64,000 nucleotides of DNA from Gemmatales bacterium (GCA_041640595.1 JBEPZY010000001.1:320001-384000); one strand, 5' to 3'; shown: positions 31,469 to 42,700, numbered from the stretch's first letter. Notes: generated by a model not told the origin, from the letters alone. Numbers and translations are program-made.

Positions 31469-32302
31469 TCATTTGGCCGGCTTGCCCTCGGTACGCAAGT
31501 CAATTGTTCGCAGCGGGACTAATAATGTGGTACGCCGCGCAGTTCCCGGTTCGGTTGCCTGAATGCTAATAAGAAACTTTCCCGCTTCTTGAACAGGCAC
31601 ATCAAAACGAACATCGAGGAAATCCAGGTCGCCGGGAATCTTACGGAATTGGCCATTAATGGGATAACCGTTTGCCACCGGCTTACCCTGTTCATCTAAT
31701 AATCGCATCTGGACATCTAAGTTCCAGGTTTCATCGGGTTTACCTTTTTTCCCGCGCAAAACGACAGCGGTAACGTGGAGGGTCTGCCCAACCACACCTA
31801 CTCCGGGACAGGGCAATTGCACTTGCGGAGTATAAATACTATAGAGCTGGAACTGGACTATACCGAAATCGAGAGGCAAGACCTTGAATGTAAGAGCCTG
31901 CTGAGCGCTTTTGCTCCCAGGATTGAGTGAATCTTCAACGGTGATCTGAACGCGGTAATCGCCGGGCGATAAGTCTTGTGGCAGGGCTATGTGTAAGGCT
32001 TGTCGCAAGGAGTTGCTGCTGAAAACGCGAACCTGCGTAACCTCCGGCAATCGCTGCTTTGCAATGAGCTTGTTTTCGGGACCGAACAGTTCTAAGTGCA
32101 TCGAATAACGCATGCGCCCGGCTTCATCGTTTTTCAAGTTGCTAATATCAAACTGGAAATGCAAGATATCGCCAGGTAAATATTGCAAGTCTTGGCGGGG
32201 TGGGCCTAACTGACCGTAGGTCGCCACCATATTGCTTATACTTGGCCCGTCCGCTTGCAGGATTACTAAGCATGCCAGATAGGTCGTTGCAAATGCTAGC
32301 AT
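31469..32302 (-). CDS. Hypothetical exported beta-rich protein
   Basis: Signal-peptide-like N-terminus; 277-aa ORF. Confidence 0.7.
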   Translation of the reverse strand: MLAFATTYLACLVILQADGPSISNMVATYGQLGPPRQDLQYLPGDILHFQFDISNLKNDEAGRMRYSMHLELFGPENKLIAKQRLPEVTQVRVFSSNSLRQALHIALPQDLSPGDYRVQITVEDSLNPGSKSAQQALTFKVLPLDFGIVQFQLYSIYTPQVQLPCPGVGVVGQTLHVTAVVLRGKKGKPDETWNLDVQMRLLDEQGKPVANGYPINGQFRKIPGDLDFLDVRFDVPVQEAGKFLISIQATEPGTARRTTLLVPLRTIDLRTEGKPAK

Positions 32303-32546
32303 GGTTTGGCACCCAAGTAGATAGGGAGGTCAAGTCCTGGGTGGAATGTTAGTCTTGACCTAAAGCTAAGTTTGAAATGGCGAGGTCCGCTGGTTACCCT
32401 TTTGATTGCCGAAAAGTACTTTCTGAGTGCAAGCAAGGAGCAGTTATACTTTGCTAGCCATGATAGCAGAATAACAGCAGCAGGCAAGCCGTGAGTAGTC
32501 AGCCGGGAGACGGGGCTTTTGGGGCTGCTGGCCTATAGGAATACCG

Positions 32547-33887
32547 TCAGCGAGCCAGCCACTGAGCCAGGACATAAACAAAAGCTACGGCCAACAAGAT
32601 GAGAGCCACAGCACAACCGGTTGATCCTGATTCAGGCTGGGCAGAATTAATGTTCGGCGCGGGCCTCGACGTTCGCGTCGGATTGCGAACGGGACCGGAT
32701 ATGCTCGAGACGGCATGTGGCTGACCTGCCGATGGCTGCGGGGAACTGCTCACAGGAGTGGAGGGCGGCGACGACTGGGAAGAAGGTTGCGGGGATTGGT
32801 TTTGGGTTGATGGATTAGTCGTCTGCGGAAGGTGATCAACCCACCACGGTTGAGTCCCGGTAGTTTGAACACTTTGCGTTCCTTTAGAATGCGATGGGGT
32901 GGAGGGTGGTACTATGTGGTCGCCGTTCCAATCCGGTGAAACGATTATCGGGCTTTCCGGGTGAGCTGTCGGGGTTCGAACAGGAAGTTCGAAAATGCAG
33001 TCGGGAGCAGGTAACACAGCCGGACTCAGGTGGCAATACTCGGCCAGTCTTGCTGTCAGGTCCCGTACTTCGCCGGGTAGGCGTAACAAACGTTGCCAGA
33101 TAGGTGTCGCATTGGGGTTTTGAAAATCCTCGCGGCTAAAGATGAGCCGATCATCGTCATGGAATTCTTGCCAAAGCGACGGGTCATATCTCAAAGCCAG
33201 CAACGACAGATAAATGACCAGCGCGGAAAACGAATCAACGTTCGGACCGTAATAACCTTTAGCGAGCCGATTGGGGTGTTGGTAATTCGGATGCCCGACC
33301 TCATTTGGTGGATTGTTCCACAACGCAGGAATATAGATGCCGTCGTAGTCAACTAGGACAAGTTTGTCGTCTTCGGTTATTAGGATGTTGCCATGCTGCA
33401 GGTCGCCGTGGCCGATTTCGGCTTCAGCCAGTTGCTTGATCAGCTGTCGCCATTGTTCGATCCAGTTTTCCAGACGGTCCATCCGGCCGGTTACTAACGC
33501 GCTTCCAATAGCACTGTCCAGAGTTTGGCCATCTACCCACACCATTTTCACGATGGGATACCACTCGGAGTTGACGCAGATTCCTCGAGGCCGATAGCGG
33601 AACCGTACCAGACCGGTGACAGGATGCTGGCGAAGATGTTGCGAAAGCAGGCGATACCGTTCTTGGTGCGAAGTTACGGGGCGGATGAAACAACGCACAG
33701 CGTATTTCGCTTTTTTACGGGCACCGTTACTCTCCAGACAGAACACTACGGCAAAGTTGCCTGAACAAGTTATGGGCATTTCCCAGCGATCGAGAACAGG
33801 TTGACACTTGCGTAACTCGGAGTCTTGGAAGCATTGATTGCAGTCCTGCACAGCAAGTTGATAATCGGAGGGGGTGGGCCAAGGCAC
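32547..33887 (-). CDS. Ser/Thr protein kinase of a TerY-P-like triad, with C-terminal TM
   Basis: SGNFAVVF, HGDLQHGNILI, LVDYDG, GHPNYQHP; P/S-rich linker; AAGGAG RBS before GTG. Confidence 0.85.
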   Translation of the reverse strand: MPWPTPSDYQLAVQDCNQCFQDSELRKCQPVLDRWEMPITCSGNFAVVFCLESNGARKKAKYAVRCFIRPVTSHQERYRLLSQHLRQHPVTGLVRFRYRPRGICVNSEWYPIVKMVWVDGQTLDSAIGSALVTGRMDRLENWIEQWRQLIKQLAEAEIGHGDLQHGNILITEDDKLVLVDYDGIYIPALWNNPPNEVGHPNYQHPNRLAKGYYGPNVDSFSALVIYLSLLALRYDPSLWQEFHDDDRLIFSREDFQNPNATPIWQRLLRLPGEVRDLTARLAEYCHLSPAVLPAPDCIFELPVRTPTAHPESPIIVSPDWNGDHIVPPSTPSHSKGTQSVQTTGTQPWWVDHLPQTTNPSTQNQSPQPSSQSSPPSTPVSSSPQPSAGQPHAVSSISGPVRNPTRTSRPAPNINSAQPESGSTGCAVALILLAVAFVYVLAQWLAR

Positions 33888-33905
33888 GAGTTTTCTCCTT
33901 TTCAG

Positions 33906-35090
33906 TTATTTGACCGAATGGTCAACCGCATCTTGCAGCCAGCGCAATCGCGCCAAGGTTACGTCATCGTTTTTCATCCGTGACTGAGAACGCAAGTCGT
34001 TCAAAAATGTGACAATTTCTTGCCCAGCTTGGGGAAGAATGCTCGTGGCCGGGTGCTGATGACCGCGAACGCTTTGCAACTCCTGGACAATCCAGGCCGA
34101 CAGGGCATCCGTAGCCAACCAGATTTCATCTCCGGGCAAGAGTTGCCCATGCCCCAGATGGATGCACTGTTTTTTTAGGTAGCGAATATTGTAGTTGGCG
34201 TCGGTGCTCACCAGGGCAGGCGACACGCTGAAGTCCTTGGCCGTCATCCGGGGAATCATTTGCAACTGCTGTCCGCCGCGAAAGTGAAAAAGGCAATTAT
34301 CGCCGACGACTAACACCCGGTAACTGCAACCTGCGTGGCCGGTTTCCCCGGACAACACGAAATCGGCCACCAGGAGAGTTGCATGGGCACCCTGTTCGGC
34401 TTTGGCTTCGATAAACCAGGGAAGATTTTCCCAGTGCTGATGAGACCGCCACTTTTCTGCCTGCTGGTGGAGCCACTGTAAAAATTTGTGTCTGACCCGA
34501 CCGGAAACGCTTCCGGCAGTCAGGACGGTAAGGAGATCATTAGCAGCCTGGTAAGTGTCGGGACATTCCTGTGCATCCTGAGCCGCGTGGTAAGTGAGCA
34601 GTTGTGCCCACTCGGCGGAGGCATAGGAATCGCTGGCGCCATCACTGATGGCAATAGTAAGTCGGCCCGTGGATTTCCAGTTCCAGACCCGGCGATGGTC
34701 GGTACCGTAATTACTGCAATGATCCACGACGCAGTTGCAGGCATAGGCCCAGGCGTCCTCGCACTCATGAAGCTGATTGCCGAGCTTAGGCAACCGATAG
34801 ATTTCTAAATGCCAACCTTTCTTCAGCCATGTCCAAGCGGCAGGTCGTTCGGGCAATTTTTGCCGGTCACCTTGCTGGCCTTGTAACTGGGGTGAGCTAA
34901 CCGTCGCTTCAACAGACACCGAAACGGCAGGTCGTAATGGCGAGCCGGGATTTTCGGCTGGGGTAGGTCGAGTCCCCTTTTCGTCGCTCGGTAACCTGCT
35001 TTGTTGCAGCAGATTGATTTGCAGCGGATAGTATCGGGCGAATAGGGGACTATTGCGCCAGTGGAACATGCGTAGCCACGACCAGGGCAT
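33906..35090 (-). CDS. PP2C-like phosphatase (TerY-P triad)
   Basis: CEDA, AISDGAS, VGD, LATDAL and NDDVT motifs. Start uncertain. Confidence 0.85.
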   Translation of the reverse strand: MPWSWLRMFHWRNSPLFARYYPLQINLLQQSRLPSDEKGTRPTPAENPGSPLRPAVSVSVEATVSSPQLQGQQGDRQKLPERPAAWTWLKKGWHLEIYRLPKLGNQLHECEDAWAYACNCVVDHCSNYGTDHRRVWNWKSTGRLTIAISDGASDSYASAEWAQLLTYHAAQDAQECPDTYQAANDLLTVLTAGSVSGRVRHKFLQWLHQQAEKWRSHQHWENLPWFIEAKAEQGAHATLLVADFVLSGETGHAGCSYRVLVVGDNCLFHFRGGQQLQMIPRMTAKDFSVSPALVSTDANYNIRYLKKQCIHLGHGQLLPGDEIWLATDALSAWIVQELQSVRGHQHPATSILPQAGQEIVTFLNDLRSQSRMKNDDVTLARLRWLQDAVDHSVK

Positions 35091-35107
35091 GTAGCGGCTT
35101 CCGGTGT

Positions 35108-35932
35108 TTAGCGAAGGTTTTTCGGGCGGGTGCCAATGTTCAGGAATCGAACGACTTCCGTCATGGGAGCGTTGAAGACGAAGCCGCGTGATCGATAAGT
35201 AACGGGCAGGTTTTCGTTTTGTGCCAGCGAGACAATATGCGGCGGCAAAATGCTGGACATGCGGAACAGTAAACGGGCATGATCGTCAGGCAGGTAAGCA
35301 TCATCTTCAGGATACAGGCAGGGCTGCGCTTTGGTTTCCGAGATGTGCAGGTTGAACAGCAAAACCTGGCCATCTTGGGTAGCCAGTTGGCGAATGGCGG
35401 TTGCTTCATCTTCCGGGTCGCCATCTGTTGGTTGCCCGTCTGTTATGTTGATCACAATAGGCGGGAAGGAGCGAGGATGTGCAGCGACCCAGTGGTTGAG
35501 AATCGCATACGCTCGCCGCAACGCTGCGCACATGGGAGTGCCATCATCGGCCACCGGCTCAACCCACACCGGGAATCGGCGTTCACGCTCCTGGTCCCGA
35601 CGTACTTCGACACGCAGAGGTGACGCAGCCAGTTCGGAAACGCGTACTAACTCCCTGCCACTCAACGCCCCGCCTAATGCCGAACCTACTATTCCCCCTT
35701 GAGCACCATAGCCGATGACGCCAATCTCGTAATAGTCGCGTACGCCTTCACGGGCATCTTTGGTGCAGCGAATGCACAAATCCATGAGCAGACGATTCAA
35801 AGCGTCGGCCAAAGCATCCGCTTTACGTCGGCCGCTTTCATCTCCTACTGGATCACTCATCGAGCCGGATTGGTCAATCAGGAACAGGAAGCAGGTTGGA
35901 TTGCTGCGGCTGATTTCTGCCTCGTAGGCCAT
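35108..35932 (-). CDS. vWA domain protein (TerY-like)
   Basis: MIDAS DQSGSM, GTPM, ITDG; AAGGAG RBS before ATG 35932. Confidence 0.9.
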   Translation of the reverse strand: MAYEAEISRSNPTCFLFLIDQSGSMSDPVGDESGRRKADALADALNRLLMDLCIRCTKDAREGVRDYYEIGVIGYGAQGGIVGSALGGALSGRELVRVSELAASPLRVEVRRDQERERRFPVWVEPVADDGTPMCAALRRAYAILNHWVAAHPRSFPPIVINITDGQPTDGDPEDEATAIRQLATQDGQVLLFNLHISETKAQPCLYPEDDAYLPDDHARLLFRMSSILPPHIVSLAQNENLPVTYRSRGFVFNAPMTEVVRFLNIGTRPKNLR

Positions 35933-36210
35933 TGTTGTACTCCTTGTTCTTGGTTTGCTTGAATTCCGCCTGTCCAACTACTTAAACGGAAGTCGTGAAT
36001 TGTTTGTGACACAAAAGTTGCCCGGAATCGTTTGGAGGAGACGATGCAGCGGGGATACGCCTGGGAGCCGTCGTTTACGGAACTGTCATCTTTTGGTCGC
36101 TTGCTGCGTTAAACAACTGGCACATTTCGCCGCGAAAGCTGCTTTCGTGCGAACAACGACTAAGCGGGATTTCTTCAGGCAAAGGAAAGCCAGTAAGGAA
36201 GGAGCATGCC

Positions 36211-36525
36211 ATGTACTTTCTGGTGGCTTACGACATTTCCGATCCGAAACGGTTACAGCGAGTCGCCCGCTTTATGGAACGGCGTGCTTTACGCTGCCAG
36301 AAGTCGGTCTTCATGTACCAGGGTGATGTCCAGGGGGTCAGTCGCCTTTTAAACGAGGTAGTCGAGTTGCTCGATACGCAGTCCGACATTGTGCAGGTCT
36401 GGCAACTGGCGCGAGGTCAGCCCTTGACCGGTTGGTATCGCGGTCGGCCCATGCCGCTGGACCCGGCTGGCTGTGTCGTAGCAGGTAACCGTGCCGTCCT
36501 GGTCGAAAAACCCCGACGGGGCTAA
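36211..36525 (+). CDS. cas2: CRISPR-associated Cas2
   Basis: YFLVAYDISDPKRLQRVA...QKSVF; AAGGAG RBS. Confidence 0.93.
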   Translation: MYFLVAYDISDPKRLQRVARFMERRALRCQKSVFMYQGDVQGVSRLLNEVVELLDTQSDIVQVWQLARGQPLTGWYRGRPMPLDPAGCVVAGNRAVLVEKPRRG

Positions 36526-36564
36526 GGGGATTCGACCCTCGCTAATCATGTTTAGCGGCTATTT

Positions 36565-36854
36565 GTGCGAGATGACAGCGGGTTACTTTCTACGCGGGCC
36601 TACGGATACGGTCACGAAGGCAGTCATCCATGGAATCGCCCAGCTCCGTTACTCCCGTAAGTCGGTATAGCTCCCGCGGTGCAACCCGAGCGCTTCTCGA
36701 GGGTTGCTGCGCATGGATTTTCCTGACCCGGTCTCGCGTTCCTACGAAACCAATCAAGCACCGGTTGGCGCCATTGAAAGGGGCCCCGATAGCTGGTGCA
36801 GAAACAGCGTCGCGGGTAGGAAAATTTTTGTCACATCGAACGGTCATCTTGCGT
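36565..36854 (+). ncRNA. Putative structured RNA between cas2 and the RT
   Basis: 12-bp closing stem 36565-76/36843-54 plus at least four nested stems read by eye; starts GTGCG. Confidence 0.45.
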
Positions 36855-36903
36855 TATCTAGGAGGAAGGAAAGTCAACCCATCACACGAAAGGATGCCTA
36901 GCC

Positions 36904-38556
36904 ATGCCAGCGATGAACGGCCAACCAGTGATTGAGGTGTTACCACGGGTTTATCGGAGTATTCCCGCTCCCCAGCGAGCTCTGGAAGAGCTGCAGGCAG
37001 AGCTTTACGCAGAGGTACGGGCGAAAGGTCGGCCCGTCGGCCAACTGGTAACTGCTCTGCTCGACCGCCGCAACTTGTACGCTGCCTGGCGATTTGTCCG
37101 GAATGCCGATGGTGCTGACACCCCGGGGCCGGATGGCCTGACTTGCAAGGACCTGGAACAATCGGCGGATTCCGGGGATGCTTTGCATCGCTTGTTCGAA
37201 CAGATTAGCCGGGACATACTTGATGGCCGTTATTGTCCGCAACCGCCGCGCTGGGTAGAGGTTCCCAAGCCTAATGGTGGTACTCGGCGTTTGGGCATCC
37301 TGACGGTGCGGGATCGCCTTGTGCATGCCGCTCTCAAAAACGTTCTCGAACCTATCCTGGAGCCGATTTTTACTTCCGCCAGCTTTGGTTTTCGACCGGG
37401 GAGAAGCACCACTGCTGCTTTGCTGGCGGCCATTAGATGGGCCGGCCCAGATGATCACGGCCGGCTCGTTTATCCCTATGCCATGCATCTGGATATCGAG
37501 GACTGTTTCGACACCATAGACCACCAGCATCTGTTCAGCGCCCTTTCCGAGCATGTTGCCGATGCTATCGTCCTGAAGCTTCTTCGCAAGCTGTTGGAAG
37601 CCTGTGCCCATTCGGTGCGTCGCTGGTTTCGCACTTACTACGTTGGGCTGTTGCAGGGAAGTGTGCTTTCGCCGCTTTTATGCAATTTGGCTCTGCACTC
37701 CCTCGACAAGGTTATGCTCAACATGCGCAGCGCCACCCAGAAGGGTATCGCTTATTTCCGTTATGCGGACGACTTACTCATCCTGGCTCGCAGCGAAGAG
37801 CTGGCAGTCAAGGCTTTTCGTTCTGCCAGCGCTTTTTTGCAGAGCATCGGACAGCGCTTCAAGGCCCGCAAACCGGAAATCGCTCTCCTCACTCGCGGTG
37901 TCGAATGGCTTGGCATGCGTATCTGCGTCACCGTCAATCCCTGGACCTCGAAACTTCAGCCCGGTTACTACATTCCAGATGCCTGTGTGGCCGAGATGGT
38001 CCAACGCCTTCAGGAAATGACCGTTCCTCCCAGTGCTAAGCTATCGGAGCAAACCTTCGACCTCCGCCAATGGATCATATCTATCAACCGGCAGTTGCAA
38101 GGCTGGCACAATGCCTATCAATACGCCGAGAATTTTTACCAGGTGGCCCGTACACTCGATGACGTTGTTCAGCAGCGGTTCGAAGAGCTTCTGATGGCTG
38201 TCACCGGCAAAGGGCGTCAGTACGTACGGGGCACTTATCGGGTTCGTTTGCCCCGCGGATTCACGACTTGGCAGGTAGATGGGGAGCAGTTGCTGGTGCT
38301 ATCGTCCAAGCCGCCGCATTTCCCCAATCCGAAACTGCTCTACCAACGACCCGCCTGGATGCGTGCTCCGCAGAACGCCATCCTACCGCAAGCCAACGCT
38401 GGCCAGACGCCATTCTGGTTGAACAATTTGCCTCAGCAGGCTCTGCCTCAGCCGCAAGCCCAACCGCCGAATGCCTTTGCTAACCCTCAGGATACCACAA
38501 ATCAACCTGGGCCCCCCACAGGAACTAATCCGGCCACCGGTCAGCACAATCCCTAA
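36904..38556 (+). CDS. CRISPR-associated reverse transcriptase (group II intron-like, stand-alone)
   Basis: TPGPDG, PKPNGGTRRLGILTVRDRLVH, SFGFRPGRS, LDIEDCFDTIDH, QGSVLSPLLCN, RYADD; thumb-like INRQLQGW; P/Q-rich tail. Confidence 0.93.
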   Translation: MPAMNGQPVIEVLPRVYRSIPAPQRALEELQAELYAEVRAKGRPVGQLVTALLDRRNLYAAWRFVRNADGADTPGPDGLTCKDLEQSADSGDALHRLFEQISRDILDGRYCPQPPRWVEVPKPNGGTRRLGILTVRDRLVHAALKNVLEPILEPIFTSASFGFRPGRSTTAALLAAIRWAGPDDHGRLVYPYAMHLDIEDCFDTIDHQHLFSALSEHVADAIVLKLLRKLLEACAHSVRRWFRTYYVGLLQGSVLSPLLCNLALHSLDKVMLNMRSATQKGIAYFRYADDLLILARSEELAVKAFRSASAFLQSIGQRFKARKPEIALLTRGVEWLGMRICVTVNPWTSKLQPGYYIPDACVAEMVQRLQEMTVPPSAKLSEQTFDLRQWIISINRQLQGWHNAYQYAENFYQVARTLDDVVQQRFEELLMAVTGKGRQYVRGTYRVRLPRGFTTWQVDGEQLLVLSSKPPHFPNPKLLYQRPAWMRAPQNAILPQANAGQTPFWLNNLPQQALPQPQAQPPNAFANPQDTTNQPGPPTGTNPATGQHNP

Positions 38557-38588
38557 TCCTCTGACTCTTTTCCCAGGAGGCACCCATC

Positions 38589-39617
38589 ATGGCGAAGCAC
38601 ATCACCTACGTGCAAACCCCGGTTGCCCATGTGGTCGGACCAGGCAAACTTAGGATTATCAACGGCCGCCTAGCTTTCACCACGGGCAACGGTACTCCCC
38701 TGCGCCTTGACCTCAACACTTTGCGTGCCATTTACTGCTACGGCAACGTCGGGGCAACTGATGAGGCGATACAACTGCTTTTTCAGCACGGCATTGACGT
38801 CGTTTGGCTTTCTCCAGCAGGTAACGAGTGTCGCGGACGACTCGTCCGCTACGATTCCAGCTCCGCTGCTTTGCGGATGATACAGCATCGCGTTTTGGCC
38901 CATCCACCCGCTCGACTGGAACTGGCCCGCTTCATCGTCCAGGCCAAAATTGAATCCCAAATGAAGGCCGCCAGGCATTATCAGCGCCAGGGGCTTTCTA
39001 TTGCCGGCAAATTCATCGAACAACTTCAGTCCGTTTTGGCTATGCTGCCCAGCGTGGCCTCTCTGGACGCCCTTCGTGGCTTTGAAGGACAGGCCTCCGC
39101 TCTCTGGTACGAGCTTTTCTCCCAGCTTCTTGTTCCCCCGTGGACCTTCCCTGGCCGCAACCGCAGACCACCTACAGACCCAGTCAATGCCTTGCTTAGC
39201 CTCGGCTACACCTTGCTCTTCCGCCGCACAGAGGCTAGAACCGAAGCTCACGGCTTGGAAGTCGCTCTGGGAGCTTTGCATGAATTCCGACACGGCCGAC
39301 CTTCCCTGGCCTGTGACTTTGTGGAGCCGTTTCGCGTCCCCGCTGTCGACCGATGGGTCCTGACTATTTGCAATCAACACCGCCTGCAGCCCCAACATTT
39401 CCAAAATACCCCGGAAGGTATCCGTTTGACCCCTGACATGTTTCCTCGTATCATTGCTTCGTGGGAACAACATTTCGTATCTCACGGTTTTGAACGCTCT
39501 TTGGAAAACTGCCTTCAGCAATGGATAAGCATCCTACGGTCCTGGGCGAACCGCTTGCCTGACCCCCTTTTGCCACCCCAGGACAGTGCACCCCCAGGCA
39601 ACACCGTAACTTCCTGA
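38589..39617 (+). CDS. cas1: CRISPR-associated endonuclease Cas1
   Basis: LRGFEG, RNRRPPTDPVNALLSLGY, GALH, LACDFVEPFR; AGGAGG RBS. Confidence 0.96.
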   Translation: MAKHITYVQTPVAHVVGPGKLRIINGRLAFTTGNGTPLRLDLNTLRAIYCYGNVGATDEAIQLLFQHGIDVVWLSPAGNECRGRLVRYDSSSAALRMIQHRVLAHPPARLELARFIVQAKIESQMKAARHYQRQGLSIAGKFIEQLQSVLAMLPSVASLDALRGFEGQASALWYELFSQLLVPPWTFPGRNRRPPTDPVNALLSLGYTLLFRRTEARTEAHGLEVALGALHEFRHGRPSLACDFVEPFRVPAVDRWVLTICNQHRLQPQHFQNTPEGIRLTPDMFPRIIASWEQHFVSHGFERSLENCLQQWISILRSWANRLPDPLLPPQDSAPPGNTVTS

Positions 39618-39748
39618 ACGCAAAACACTTACGTGCAAAAATGTCCTTACTGACAAAGCATCTCAACAAGCCTTTTCGTCGGGATGTCATACCGCTAGGC
39701 AGTTTCCGTTCTTATGTTCCGGCCCATTCGAGCGTTGCGCCCGCCAGA
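39618..39748 (+). promoter_or_regulatory. CRISPR leader
   Basis: Non-coding segment between cas1 and the first repeat; the opposite array end is degenerate. Confidence 0.7.
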
Positions 39749-42700
39749 CTCGCAACTTAGACCCCAACCAATAGGGGATTGAAACGATAGCGGCTACTAC
39801 CATTGTTCCTCCCTCCTTGGGCTCGCAACTTAGACCCCAACCAATAGGGGATTGAAACGCCGGGCCCTGGCCTTCCGGCTGGAGACCAGGGCCAGCTCGC
39901 AACTTAGACCCCAACCAATAGGGGATTGAAACAGTTCTGATGAGAAAGTTATACCCGCCGGCGTAGATGCTCGCAACTTAGACCCCAACCAATAGGGGAT
40001 TGAAACTGCATCTGTTGGCAAAGACTATCAATACCTTTAGAAACTCGCAACTTAGACCCCAACCAATAGGGGATTGAAACCGCCAGGGTTCCGGCCTGTA
40101 TCCGCGCTGCCGCCCCAGCCTCGCAACTTAGACCCCAACCAATAGGGGATTGAAACACTCGCAAGACGGGTATTGGCCTGTATCCGCGCTGCCGCCTCGC
40201 AACTTAGACCCCAACCAATAGGGGATTGAAACGACACTGCTGCCCCAGCAATAATCATGTCCAACCACCTCGCAACTTAGACCCCAACCAATAGGGGATT
40301 GAAACGTCGAAACTACTTCTTGCCCCGCCGCCCCCGCCCGGCTCGCAACTTAGACCCCAACCAATAGGGGATTGAAACCACTGCTGCCCCAGCAATAATC
40401 ATGTCCAACCACCTCCTCGCAACTTAGACCCCAACCAATAGGGGATTGAAACAATCATGTCCAACCACCTCCTTGGGCCCGTTGATAAACTCGCAACTTA
40501 GACCCCAACCAATAGGGGATTGAAACGGTGCGAGGCAGCTACTTCTTGTTTTTGCTACGCCCGCCTCGCAACTTAGACCCCAACCAATAGGGGATTGAAA
40601 CTGAACTTGCACCCTAAGCTTTTCCAGCTCCGCCAGACTCGCAACTTAGACCCCAACCAATAGGGGATTGAAACCATTGCGGCTCCGGCTATCATACTCC
40701 CCTCCTTTGGGCTCGCAACTTAGACCCCAACCAATAGGGGATTGAAACCTCCGGCTATCATACTCCCCTCCTTTGGGCCGAATAACTCGCAACTTAGACC
40801 CCAACCAATAGGGGATTGAAACAATCCGACAATGATGGATACTAGGCAGATTGCGGCTCTCGCAACTTAGACCCCAACCAATAGGGGATTGAAACCACAC
40901 AAACAACAACATCTTGGATAACCTTTGGTAACTCGCAACTTAGACCCCAACCAATAGGGGATTGAAACACCAACCAAACCTCCGATGCCGCCACGCATTC
41001 CCGGCTCGCAACTTAGACCCCAACCAATAGGGGATTGAAACAGCAGACGACCCCTGGCCGGACTCGATGAGTTGCATGACTCGCAACTTAGACCCCAACC
41101 AATAGGGGATTGAAACAGTATCCAACCAAGAATTACACTGACCAGTGCCAAACTCGCAACTTAGACCCCAACCAATAGGGGATTGAAACAATGACCATCT
41201 AACACTTTACCTTCATAAAGACAACCTCGCAACTTAGACCCCAACCAATAGGGGATTGAAACACCGTAGACGCCGAGGATGAGAGGCCTAAGCATTCAAT
41301 CTCGCAACTTAGACCCCAACCAATAGGGGATTGAAACCAAAGACGAGGCCTGCGGCTCCTCACTGGTCCACCCCTCGCAACTTAGACCCCAACCAATAGG
41401 GGATTGAAACACATTTCGTCAGAATCTGTTTGCCCCAACATTAACGCCTCGCAACTTAGACCCCAACCAATAGGGGATTGAAACGGCCAGGAGGAATCCG
41501 ACTAGCACAGATACTAAGGACTCGCAACTTAGACCCCAACCAATAGGGGATTGAAACACTGCCGCGCCGACAACAATCATAATTCTCCCCTCCTCTCGCA
41601 ACTTAGACCCCAACCAATAGGGGATTGAAACCAACGAATTTTGCAAAATTGGTAACGCAGTTTCCAAACTCGCAACTTAGACCCCAACCAATAGGGGATT
41701 GAAACGCGGGCGATGCGGGCCAGTATGAACCCGAGGAGGACCTCGCAACTTAGACCCCAACCAATAGGGGATTGAAACCCCGAGGAGGACAGAAACGAGA
41801 GAAATGCCAGCGCCCTCGCAACTTAGACCCCAACCAATAGGGGATTGAAACGTCTTCTTGGCCCGGGGCTCCCGCCGGGCCCGGCGGGCCTCGCAACTTA
41901 GACCCCAACCAATAGGGGATTGAAACATCATGTCCTCTCCTCCTGCGTCTGGGGCCCGTTGATCTCGCAACTTAGACCCCAACCAATAGGGGATTGAAAC
42001 CGGGCGATGGCCCTGTCGACGGAACTTACGGATCTGCACTCGCAACTTAGACCCCAACCAATAGGGGATTGAAACAGTGGTGCCCGCGCTTCCGCCGCAG
42101 AAGCGCGCCGACCTCGCAACTTAGACCCCAACCAATAGGGGATTGAAACGGGCACTCCAATTGAAGTGGTGCCCGCGCTTCCGCCGCCTCGCAACTTAGA
42201 CCCCAACCAATAGGGGATTGAAACCTTCCCGGCGTCCGCCGCCTGCGGCTCCCCACTGGGCCTCGCAACTTAGACCCCAACCAATAGGGGATTGAAACTT
42301 GCCCGCCGCGGGCCTCGTCAAAGACGAGGCCGCACTCGCAACTTAGACCCCAACCAATAGGGGATTGAAACATCGTTCATCAAACCCATCAACCAAATCC
42401 AACTCACAACTCGCAACTTAGACCCCAACCAATAGGGGATTGAAACAAAAGTACTGCGCCACGCGCTCCATATGGCTGCCTCCTCGCAACTTAGACCCCA
42501 ACCAATAGGGGATTGAAACATACCAGCTCCAACAATAATCATGTCCTCTCCTCCTCGCAACTTAGACCCCAACCAATAGGGGATTGAAACACCAGCTCCA
42601 ACAATAATCATGTCCTCTCCTCCTGCGCTCGCAACTTAGACCCCAACCAATAGGGGATTGAAACTTGCGGGTCTTGCCCCGCCGCCGCTCCCGCCGAGAC

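Noticed and set aside
36565..38588. Complete group II intron, retron or DGR
   Set aside because: No domain V/VI after the RT, no retron NAxxH/VTG motifs, and no TR/VR pair or avd gene. The QG..SP and YADD motifs and the cas context fit a CRISPR-associated RT.
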